Origin: Candidatus Saccharimonadota bacterium
GTDB lineage: Bacteria > Bacteroidota > Bacteroidia > Cytophagales > Amoebophilaceae
Assembly (NCBI RefSeq): GCF_936981045.1
Contig: NZ_OW441264.1
Coordinates: 720,001-752,000 of the forward strand
Reading direction: 5' to 3'
DNA: 32,000 nucleotides
Numbering within the stretch: position 1 is the stretch's first letter; every line of letters starts with the position of its first letter. A model generated the notes under the pieces. It ran no database searches. It was not told the origin of the DNA and saw only the letters and a list, made by a program, of their open reading frames with translations. Below are positions 9,106-18,105 of this stretch, one piece after another. The translations under genes and the position numbers were made by a program.

Positions 9106-9769
9106 GGTTCTGTCGCGTTTATTCTAAAAAATCATTATTTTAGTATCTGCAGTTAAAAAAGTAGTTATTATGTTTAATATTTCGCTCAAATTATTACCTT
9201 ATTTTAAAGGCTATTGTTCTTCAGCAGAAGTCATCCTGTTATTTGTCTAGATGAAGTGTCGTTTTTCCTTGAGCTATAGAGATTTGGAAGATATGATGCG
9301 TATGAGAGGCGCAAGAGTTGATCATTCTACACTACAAAGATGGGTTATTAAGTTTGTTCCTCTTATAGATGAAGCAGTAAGCAAAAGAAAACGACCAGTT
9401 GGTGGTAGTTGGAGAATGGATGAAACCTATGTTAAACTAAACGGGAAGTGGATCTATTTATATAGAGCAGTAGATCGTTATGGTGATACAGTTGACTTTT
9501 TTCTATCTGAGCATAGAGACAAGTCTGCAGCTTTTTCTTTTTTTCGTAAGGCGATCACAGAAAATAATATTCCTAAGAAAGTAGTAATTGACAAAAGCGG
9601 TAGTAATAAAGCTGCCTTTGATGCGATCAATACAGAATTTGATCAAGATCATACCATTCAAATATTTCAAAACAAATACTTGAATAATAGAGTTGAACAA
9701 GATCATAGGTTTATCAAAAAACGGCTAAAACCTATGCTTAGTTTTAAGTGTTTTAAGTCTGCAGCCATT
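9106..9769 (+). mobile_element. IS6-family element, 5' 664 bp with the left IR, cut at the intron insertion site
   Basis: It starts GGTTCTGTCGCGTTTATTC. It is colinear with the minus-strand copy (18142 back to 15219) up to ...gcagccatt at 9769. Together with the 180-bp 3' part this gives an element of about 844 bp, a typical IS6-family size. Confidence 0.85.
9170..9769 (+). pseudogene. IS6-family transposase, with an in-frame TAG at codon 27 and the C-terminus displaced by the intron
   Basis: MFNISLKLLPYFKGYCSSAEVILLFV*MKCRFSLSYRDLEDMMRMRGARVDHSTLQRWV...WRMDETYVKLNGKWIYLYRAVD...NNRVEQDHRFIKKR matches the IS26/IS257-type layout (FKGRHF..IIL..VRWY..YSLSYRDLEEMM, DETY..., NN.IE.DH). TAG lies at 9248-9250. 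Track ORF 9251..9805 reads on into intron sequence. Confidence 0.85.
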
Positions 9770-10450
9770 GCACACCGGCACAGGTGTGCAACAAATGGGG
9801 TGTAAGTCCCCTGACTCTAATTTGTCTATTTCGGGAGTGTAGCAGGAGGTTGGATTTGTGGGGTGATTCACAGGTTTAAGTTACCTTTAAATGCATCTGC
9901 AAAATAGCGGGCTGCAACAAAAGTGAACCTAAATTAGCCTCGTTAAGCCGTTTAAGCACATTTGCCGACTATCTAGTGGCTACAGGAAGGCTGATAGTAG
10001 GATTTTACTTTGTAAAAAGAAAGAGTCCAACAAGTGGCAGAAATAGCATTTATGTATTTCCAACGAAACAATCCCAACAAAGCATCCGTAACAGACTAAA
10101 ATACCTGACTTGTAGAAAAGCACCAATCAAACCTCAAACATTCATCGAGCAAATAAAACCAGTAGTGTTAGGATGGGTTAACTATTTTAAACATACGAAT
10201 GCCAGTGAAGCTTTTGTTAGATTGCAGGACTTTATTAATAACCGATTTCGCAGATACTTAACCTATAGAAGAAAAGGCCGTGGGTGTGGGTGGAAAAGCT
10301 ATCCCAATAGCAAACTCTATACAATGGGGATGTTGTACATTAGTAGTGGAATGATTAAGTATCCTGAGAGAGTTGTGCAAGGTTTATGAAGAAGACTATC
10401 GGACCGCCGTATTCGGGAAAACTGAACGTACGGTGGGATGAGAAGGGAAT
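9770..10450 (+). mobile_element. Group II intron copy 2: a 14-nt leader, the 5' end (GUGUGC at 9784), a large internal deletion, the X domain and domain V
   Basis: The insertion starts gcacaccggcacagGTGTGCAACAAATGGGGTGTAAGTCCCC. About 215 nt of 5' ribozyme sequence join directly to the end of the RT (GFYFVKRKSPTSG...), so most of domains I-III and RT motifs 0-6 are missing. The remainder is near-identical to 5702-6152. Track ORF 9976..10389 is the residual maturase frame. Confidence 0.75.
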
Positions 10451-11779
10451 GGTCTTTTGTTTTAAGTGTGTAAATATTTTTTAGGATTTATCTTTACCTA
10501 AATCATAACACTTAAAACAATGAAAAGAAAAGAGACAGTTAAAGATGGGATAAGCAAGGCCATAGATGTACTGATAGAATCAGGTGTAGACCTTTCCAGA
10601 CTTTTTGATCAAGACGGCTTACTCAAACAATTAAGTAAGCGTCTTGTAGAAAAAGCATTACAGTCAGAAATGGATGACCATTTAGGTTATAATAAGTATG
10701 CACGTAGTGATTCAGAGAATGTACGTAATGGATTATCCAGTAAGCAAGTTATTACTGATAATGGCGTTATATCGGTTGAAGTACCCAGAGATAGAGCATC
10801 GACTTTTGAACCTATTTTATTGCCTAATCGTCAAACAAGAATTCCTAGTTTGGATGATAAGATCTTATCTTTACATGCTAAAGGTATGAGTCTGTCAGAT
10901 ATTCAGATTCAAATACAGGAATTATATGGCGCAGAAGTAAGTGAAAGCCTGATAAGTAACATCACAGACTCTGTTATTGAAGATGTTAAGATATGGCAAA
11001 ATCGTCCCTTAGAATCAGTCTATTCTATTGTTTTTTTTGATTGCTTTGTAGTTAAAGTTAGACAAGATAAGCGCATCATCAACAAGGCAGTCTATGTCGC
11101 TTTAGGTATAGATAGATCTGGCATAAAGGATGTTTTAGGGCTTTGGATGAGTGAAAATGAAGGGGCTAAATTTTGGTTAGGCAATTTAACAGAACTCAAA
11201 AATCGGGGTATGAACGATATGCTCATTGCATGTACAGATAATTTGTCAGGCATGTCTGAGGCCATTGCTGCTGTATACCCAAAAACGGAACATCAGCTCT
11301 GTATTGTTCATGCAATTAGGGGTAGTTTGCAGTATGTTTCTTATAAACATAGAAAGGTATTAGTTGCTGATTTAAAACCAATTTATACAGCAGTTACCGA
11401 GCAAGAAGCATTGATGGCCTTAGAAGCTTTTGCTACTAAGTGGAATCAACAATACCCACAAATAGCCCAATCTTAGTATGCTAACTGGGATAATCTGATG
11501 GTATTTTTACAGTACCCTAATGCCATACGTAAGGTCATTTACACAACAAATGTTTGGAATCTGTAAATAGCCAATTTCGTAGAGTTACCAAAAATAAAAA
11601 AGTGTTCCCTAACGATCTAGCTGTTTTTAAAACATTATATCTAACTATTAACTACATGACTAAAAAATGGACCACCTCTATTCATAACTGGAGCGAGACT
11701 ATGGCACATTTTTTAATTAAATTTGAAAACAGAATTGAATAAAACCAAAAAATAATTTACACACTTAAGTGGACAGAGC
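10451..11779 (+). mobile_element. IS256-family insertion sequence, copy 2 (1329 bp)
   Basis: Near-identical to 6153-7481 and inserted at the same intron position. Its right end abuts the 3' end of the TPR gene rather than the intron tail. Confidence 0.85.
10520..11742 (+). pseudogene. IS256-family transposase carrying the same TAG and frameshift as copy 1
   Basis: The 318-aa ORF differs from copy 1 by one residue (ISVEV where copy 1 has ILVEV). TAG lies at 11474-11476 and the frameshift near 11549-11554. Confidence 0.85.
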
Positions 11780-14759
11780 TCTTTGTTTTTATTTTAGAGA
11801 CTACTTTGGCTCTTTTCTGCTTAGCCAGTTCAATGTTATTTTTATTTTTCGATTTACTAATCATAGAGTCCAAAGTAGCTTTAGCCTGTGTAAGGTTGCC
11901 TAGCATTATATAATTATCTGCCATAAGTAAAAAGGCGCCATCTATATAATGGTTATTGTGTGGAAATTTTTCTACAAGGTCAAATAAGATGTTTAAGGAA
12001 GCTTTATAAGCTTTTAGTTGAAATTCTGTATGGGCCCATAGATATTGTGCTTCTGCTGCAGTAACGGTATGTGACGGTCTACTGGCCTTTAAAAAATGGC
12101 TTCTAGCACGTTTGTATTCTGATCGTTGCATGGCTATCTTGCCTAGATAAAGAGAAGTTTGTTGAAGGGTTTCAATGGGTGCTTCCTTAGGACTATTCAA
12201 TAATTGTAAACAAGCTGGTGTTGCAATTTGATATTGTTTTAGGACAAAACTAGCTTTTATAAGCCCACTTAAGGTATGATGATATTCTTTATCTGTCAGA
12301 TGCATCTTCTGTAGCTTTTGGTAATGGGTGACGGCTTCTTGAAAACGCTTCTTTTGGTAAGCCAGATCAGCCATTCTTAACCATGCTTTTTTATGGAAAG
12401 TGGCTTGGCGGTCAGCCACTACCTTTTTATAATAACTTATCGCCTGTTTGTGCTTTTGTAGCCTGTAATAGCTTTCTGCCATTAAAAAATACGCTTCTGA
12501 AAGCAGCTGACTATTTGGATACTTTTTATCAAAAGCAGTAAGTTGGTGCAATGCTTTATGATAGGCCTGATTATAAAAGAGCTGCCTAGCCGTATCAATG
12601 GCACGCTTATCGGAATGGCTGGCCATTTTTTCAGCAATGTGGGCATACTTTTCTAAGTAAACATCTATTTTTTCAGGGGTTCCAGCAAATAGGTTCGATA
12701 GAGCCATCAAAGTATTTTCTGCATGGAGATGGGTAGGATGTTGATCTAAAATGGTCGTATAGTCCGCAGTAGCAGCTTCATACTTTTGAAGATTTTCATA
12801 AGCAAGGGCCCGTTTCATCAATAAATCTGGCTGTAGATCACTAGTTGGCTCCCTTTCAATAAGATAGCTAAATGATTGAATGGCTGCTTCATAATGGCCT
12901 GCATTGAATAGGGTACAAGCCTTATGATAGCATGCTTTTTCATAATATTTGGTTTCTGTGTGGTGTGTGAGTATTTCTTGCAGGCAAAGTTCCGCACGAA
13001 GGGTGTCTTCTAATGTCTGATAAATCAGTGTTTCTTGGTAACGAACATGGGCAGGATGGTAGGTATACACAGACGCATATAGCCTAAGTGCTTCCTTATA
13101 ATTTTTCTTTACATAATAACAGTCAGCTAGCCGAAGGATTGCATCGTAGTGGGTAGCAGCAGGCTGTTTTTGGGTAATCGCTATATACTGTTCAAAGGTT
13201 TTGGCTGCAGTGGTGTAATGGCCTGTGTTAAAATAACCATAGGCTAGTCCATATAGGTTTTTCTCGTAATAGAGCGTATTTAAACTGCCTTGTTGCATGT
13301 ATTTCGTATAAAACTTTAATGCTTTTTCATATTTTCCAAGCGCAGAAAATACTTCTCCTAACCAAAACTGAGCCTGTAACACTAAAGATGGTTTAAAAGG
13401 GAAAAGCAGAGATTGCTTTAAATATTTTATAGCGGCATCTAACGCAGCCTTATTGTAGGCTTCCAACCCCTGGTAAAAAAGTACTTTTTGGTATAACTTT
13501 AAGAGTCGTTCAGTTTTATAAGAGAGTCCTGCTATATAGTCTATAGCCAGTTGATAAGCTTTTGTTTTATAGTAACACTGTGCCAGTAAAGCTTGTGCAG
13601 TGGAAAGGTGTTTGCTTTCCTGGTGGGTTTCAATAAAAGCAGTCATCGCTTCTATAACTTCTGGAATGGCGCATTGTTGATAGTGTAGGCCTGCAAGCTT
13701 GATAGCGGCTAAATCGCTTATCTCTGGATCAAACTTTAGCCGTGCAGCTTGGGAAAAGGCAGCTATTGCTGCTGAAACAGCACCATCTTTTTCATAAATA
13801 AGGCCACTATAGTAAGCAGCAATTTGACTGGCATGATCATTCTTATGCAACAGTTTCTGAAAGCAAACAACTGCTTTAGCATACTGTTCCGTTTTATATA
13901 ACGCATGGCCCAGCTTAGCCTGGGTCATGCTGTCTACCGCATCATCTAAGGCCATCTGATAGTGGATAATGGCAGTTTGATATTGCTTGAGAAAAAAATA
14001 GGCACCGGCAATGAGTAGGTGATCTTGTTTGGTAAAAGATGACGCGGGACAGCGTTGTACATAGTCAAGCAATGATTCAAACTTACCCGCTTTATGGTAT
14101 ACTTTTAAGGTTAACCTTTTGGTTTCTAGTTTATATTTTTTACTTGCTTTTTGAAGTGCTATAAGCGCACCATTATAGTCGCCTTGCTCAAAAGCTATAT
14201 ACCCCATCTGTAATTGTGCAGCGTAATAATAAGGATGGTTTGTATGGTTAATGGCTGCAAAGCATTTTTTTGCATTTTCCCAATCTTTTAGTTGCAAATA
14301 AGTAGTCCCTGCAACATATGGAAGGGCTGCGCGATCCGTAGGTGTCAAACAAGCTGCTTTGATATTTCGATATAAAGAGAGACTTTTATAAAATAAACCT
14401 GTTTGAGCAAAGCACTTTGCCAAATGATAACGCACGGTTTCTACATATGCACTGGTAGGGTACCTTACTATAAAATATTGTAAAAGGGTTTCTATATGCG
14501 GATCTTTATTTTCTAAAGCAGATAAAACAGCATAGTAGGCAGCCTCTTCTTGCTGATACCTTTTTCCGTGACGGTTTAAATAGGCCTCAAAGTACTTTTG
14601 GGCAGCTGCATATTGATGTTGATCAAAAAGCACTATCCCTTCATGAAAAATAGCCTGAGGCAATGGACCAGGCTGATGGTTGGCCATAGAGAAGCCTTTG
14701 TAAGCAGTGGCGATTAGGAAAATGGCTATTAAAATAATAGAAAATATGGGTTGTGTCAT
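11757..14759 (-). CDS. Large tetratricopeptide-repeat protein (1000 aa) with an N-terminal hydrophobic anchor; its last 7 codons and stop come from the IS256 end
   Basis: The N-terminus MTQPIFSIILIAIFLIATAY is hydrophobic. The body is made of repeated YbgF/TPR-like units (Y..A...Y/F......YP.s......A.Y.la.cy). Positions 11757-11779 are IS256 terminal sequence (SSVHLSV*). Confidence 0.8.
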   Translation of the reverse strand: MTQPIFSIILIAIFLIATAYKGFSMANHQPGPLPQAIFHEGIVLFDQHQYAAAQKYFEAYLNRHGKRYQQEEAAYYAVLSALENKDPHIETLLQYFIVRYPTSAYVETVRYHLAKCFAQTGLFYKSLSLYRNIKAACLTPTDRAALPYVAGTTYLQLKDWENAKKCFAAINHTNHPYYYAAQLQMGYIAFEQGDYNGALIALQKASKKYKLETKRLTLKVYHKAGKFESLLDYVQRCPASSFTKQDHLLIAGAYFFLKQYQTAIIHYQMALDDAVDSMTQAKLGHALYKTEQYAKAVVCFQKLLHKNDHASQIAAYYSGLIYEKDGAVSAAIAAFSQAARLKFDPEISDLAAIKLAGLHYQQCAIPEVIEAMTAFIETHQESKHLSTAQALLAQCYYKTKAYQLAIDYIAGLSYKTERLLKLYQKVLFYQGLEAYNKAALDAAIKYLKQSLLFPFKPSLVLQAQFWLGEVFSALGKYEKALKFYTKYMQQGSLNTLYYEKNLYGLAYGYFNTGHYTTAAKTFEQYIAITQKQPAATHYDAILRLADCYYVKKNYKEALRLYASVYTYHPAHVRYQETLIYQTLEDTLRAELCLQEILTHHTETKYYEKACYHKACTLFNAGHYEAAIQSFSYLIEREPTSDLQPDLLMKRALAYENLQKYEAATADYTTILDQHPTHLHAENTLMALSNLFAGTPEKIDVYLEKYAHIAEKMASHSDKRAIDTARQLFYNQAYHKALHQLTAFDKKYPNSQLLSEAYFLMAESYYRLQKHKQAISYYKKVVADRQATFHKKAWLRMADLAYQKKRFQEAVTHYQKLQKMHLTDKEYHHTLSGLIKASFVLKQYQIATPACLQLLNSPKEAPIETLQQTSLYLGKIAMQRSEYKRARSHFLKASRPSHTVTAAEAQYLWAHTEFQLKAYKASLNILFDLVEKFPHNNHYIDGAFLLMADNYIMLGNLTQAKATLDSMISKSKNKNNIELAKQKRAKVVSKIKTKSSVHLSV

Positions 14760-16027
14760 GGGTATATTAGTTTCAAAATTAGCATGCTTCTGTAGTAGCC
14801 TTGGTGCATACCAACCAATCTATTACACCATGCAGGTGCGTCATATAGATGGAACGGTATGGGCCGCATCTATAAAAATGATTGGAAAATTCCATATGGC
14901 CAAAATATGGATTTCTATTGTATCTTACTATTGTGTGATGGCCCTTTTACATTTTTTATAAAAAAGTATCTATTCACCGGTATGGCCATGCTACGAAAAA
15001 AATAAAAAACCAACTCTTGTAAACAGTTGCTCAACTTTGGTTCTGTCGCTTCTATATTTTCGTTAGTAACGTCTTTTCTTTTAAGTGAAGTTTTGGATAT
15101 ATATTGGGTATTATTCGGCCATTAGCATAACAAAATTCTCAAAAATAGAAAGATGATTTTTAGCTCCTCTTACTTGTCCTTTTTGAATCATACGAATGTT
15201 TTCTATCCCTGCAATGGTAATGGCTGCAGCCTTAAAACACTTAAAACTAAGCATAGGTTTTAGCCGTTTTTTGATAAACCTATGATCTTGTTCAACTCTA
15301 TTATTCAAGTATTTGTTTTGAAATATTTGAATGGTATGATCTTGATCAAGTTCTGTATTGATCGCATCAAAGGCAGCTTTATTACTACCGCTTTTGTCAA
15401 TTACTACTTTCTTAGGAATATTATTTTCTGTGATCGCCTTACGAAAAAAAGAAAAAGCTGCAGACTTGTCTCTATGCTCAGATAGAAAAAAGTCAACTAT
15501 ATCACCATAACGATCTACTGCTCTATATAAATAGATCTATTTCCCGTTTAGTTTAACATAGGTTTCATCCATTCTCCAACTACCACCAACTGGTCGTTTT
15601 CTTTTGCTTACTGCTTCATCTATAAGAGGAACAAACTTAATAACCCATCTCTGTAGCGTAGAATGATCAACTCCTGCGCCTCTCATACGCATCATCTCTT
15701 CCAAATCTCTAAAACCTCAGTTCGGGATTAGACGTATTGTGAACCAGTCATATATATATTAGTTATAGAAGGTTTTTTCTCTTTTAGTGCATAAGCTGTA
15801 ATTCCAGCTATCAAATTGACTAGAAAATTAGGTATGCTTCTATGCCTAGAATGTTCTATATGGCTAATATTTTTGAGCTGATCTATAATAGTTTCAATTA
15901 TAGATCGTTTTCTAAGCATCAGTTTATCCTAGAGTGGCATAAAAGCATTTTTCATATTTTTTCTGATTTGGGTAATGAGTTCCACGCCTTTCTCGATCAG
16001 TTTTTCAAATAAATCTTTGCTTATGTA

Positions 16028-17029
16028 ACCTAAGTTCGGGATTAGCTTGTTAAAAAATAGCTTTAAAAAGCTCCTTTGTGTTTTAAATTTGGAGATAAAA
16101 AAATACTAACCAGATTATCTAAAGGAGCCGGTTATGAATGTAGAAAAATTAGTTGAAATATATTATGCTGTTGATGAATTTCTCATAAAGTTTATGCCGT
16201 ATATGGAAAAACAACTGTTAACCAACTCTAAAAGAAAACCCACTAAAACTTGTTCATTAACTTTGAGTGAAATAATGACTGTTCTTATTGCCTTTCATGT
16301 GATTGGTTTTAGAAATTTTAAGTCTTATTATATTCATTTACAGCAATTTCATTCTAGTAAATTTGGAAAGTTAGTGAGCTACAATAGATTTATAGAACTG
16401 ATCCAAAGAACGTTAGTTCCCTTGTACTGTTTTACACAAAGTCTTTCTAAAACAAAAACAGGTTGTTATTTTATGGATGCAACAGCCATCAAGGTTTGCC
16501 ATATCAAAAGAGCCTATACGCACAGGGTTTTTAAATCGATTGCTACTAAAGGTAAAACCAGCATCGGTTGGTTTTTTGGATTAAAGTTGCACTTGATAGT
16601 CAATGATTTAGGAGAAATTATGAATTTTCAACTGACCACAGGTAAAACTAATGATAGGCTTCCTGTAGAAAATTTATGTAAACACTTCATGGGTAAAATG
16701 TTTGCCAATAAAGGTTACATAAGCAAAGATTTATTTGAAAAACTGATCGAGAAAGGCGTGGAACTCATTACCCAAATCAGAAAAAATATGAAAAATGCTT
16801 TTATGCCACTCTAGGATAAACTGATGCTTAGAAAACGATCTATAATTGAAACTATTATAGATCAGCTCAAAAATATTAGCCATATAGAACATTCTAGGCA
16901 TAGAAGCATACCTAATTTTCTAGTCAATTTGATAGCTGGAATTACAACTTATGCACTAAAAGAGAAAAAACCTTCTATAACTAATATATATATGACTGGT
17001 TCACAATACGTCTAATCCCGAACTGAGGT
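16028..17029 (+). mobile_element. IS982-family copy B (1002 bp), nested inside copy A
   Basis: Termini ACCTAAGTTCGGGATTAGCT at the start and ...TAATCCCGAACTGAGGT at the end. The copy-A target tatgta is duplicated at 16022-16027 and 17030-17035. The unbroken target gcttatgtaaccttta is visible in copy C at about 4642-4657. Confidence 0.9.
16134..17015 (+). pseudogene. IS982-family transposase with the same codon-227 TAG as copy C
   Basis: Track ORFs 16134..16814 and 16824..17015 share one frame, split by TAG at 16812-16814. The protein differs from copy C by two residues (SLSKT where C has SLAKT, GITTYAL where C has GITAYAL). Confidence 0.85.
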
Positions 17030-17865
17030 TATGTAACCTTTATCGGCAAACATTTTACCCATGAAGTGTTTACACAAATTTTCTACAGGAAGCCTATCAT
17101 TAGTTTTACCTGTGGTCAGTTGAAAATTCATAATTTCTCCTAAATCATTGACTATCAAGTGCAACTTTAATCCAAAAAACCAACCGGTGCTGGTTTTACC
17201 TTTAGTAGCAATCGATTTAAAAACCCTGTGCGTATAGGCTCTTTTGATATGGCAAACCTTGATGGCTGTTGCATCCATAAAATAACAACCTGTTTTTGTT
17301 TTAGAAAAACTTTGTGTAAAACAGTACAAGGGAACTAACGTTCTTTGGATCAGTTCTATAAATCTATTCTAGCTTACTAACTTTCCAAATTCACTAGAAT
17401 GAAATTACTGTAAATGAATATAATAAGATTTAAAATTTCTAAAACCAATCACATGAAAGGTAATAAGAACAGTCATTATTTCACTCAAAGTTAATGAACA
17501 AGTTCTAGTGGGTTTTCTTTTAGAGTTGGTTAACAGTTGTTTTTCTATATACGGCATAAATTTTATGAGAAATTCATTAACAGCATAATATATTTCAACT
17601 AACTTTTCTACATTCATAACTGGCTCCTTTGGATAATCTGGTTAGTATTTTTTTATCTCCAAATTTAAAACACAAAGGAGCTTTTTAAAGCTATTTTTTA
17701 ACAAGCTAATCCCGAACTTAGGTCTATAGCTCAAGGAAAAACGATACTTCATCTAGACAAATAACAGGATGACTTCTGCTGAAGAACAATAGCCTTTAAA
17801 GTAAAGTAATAATTTGGGCGAAATATTAAACATAATAACTACTTTTTTAACTACAGATACTAAAA

Positions 17866-18105
17866 ACGTGAGTTCGGGATTTATTTGACTGATTTGCAAT
17901 AATTTAATATCAATTATTTAGTTAATATTTGCACCTATTTAACAAGTTTTTATATCTAATTTTATAAATATAATATATATAATAAACTGATTATCAGAAT
18001 TATTTGTTATTAAACTACCTATTTAACTGTCTATAAAACAAATTTTATAAATTTTTATTAATATTGATTATCAAATGAAAAAATAATCTAATCCCGAACT
18101 CACGT
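17866..18105 (-). mobile_element. 240-bp MITE, copy 2, inserted near the left IR of IS6 copy 3
   Basis: It has the same termini and interior as 3661-3900 in the opposite orientation. The 5-bp duplication taaaa lies at 17861-17865 and 18106-18110. The unbroken target atactaaaataatga is visible (as its complement) in IS6 copy 2 at about 9131-9146. Confidence 0.85.

Larger units (their letters stand above)
15714..17723 (-). mobile_element. IS982-family copy A, split by the insertion of copy B (parts 15714-16027 and 17030-17723)
   Basis: Termini ACCTCAGTTCGGGATTAGAC at 15714 and ...CCCGAACTTAGGT at 17723. The IS6 target is duplicated as ctaaa (15709-15713) and ctata (17724-17728). The 5' part also has an in-frame TAG (VS*NRF, about 17368-17370). 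Track ORFs 15728..15919, 17012..17329 and 17405..17617 are its fragments. Confidence 0.85.

Noticed and set aside
7535-9769. tyrS as cargo of a currently active IS6 composite transposon
   Set aside because: Both flanking IS6 copies are incomplete, with one end each. Their transposase frames are broken, and no 8-bp target duplication pairs any two IS6 ends in the window. Only the historical geometry is reported as a finding.
9976-10389. 137-aa ORF as a possibly functional stand-alone maturase
   Set aside because: It begins at a GTG inside the scar of a large internal intron deletion and lacks all RT motifs. Its ribozyme partner is deleted and interrupted by IS256. It is a residual frame, not a gene.
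14707-14961. 84-aa + strand ORF upstream of the TPR gene
   Set aside because: It overlaps the 5' end of the TPR gene in antisense, has an odd composition and carries no motif. It is probably intergenic or promoter DNA.
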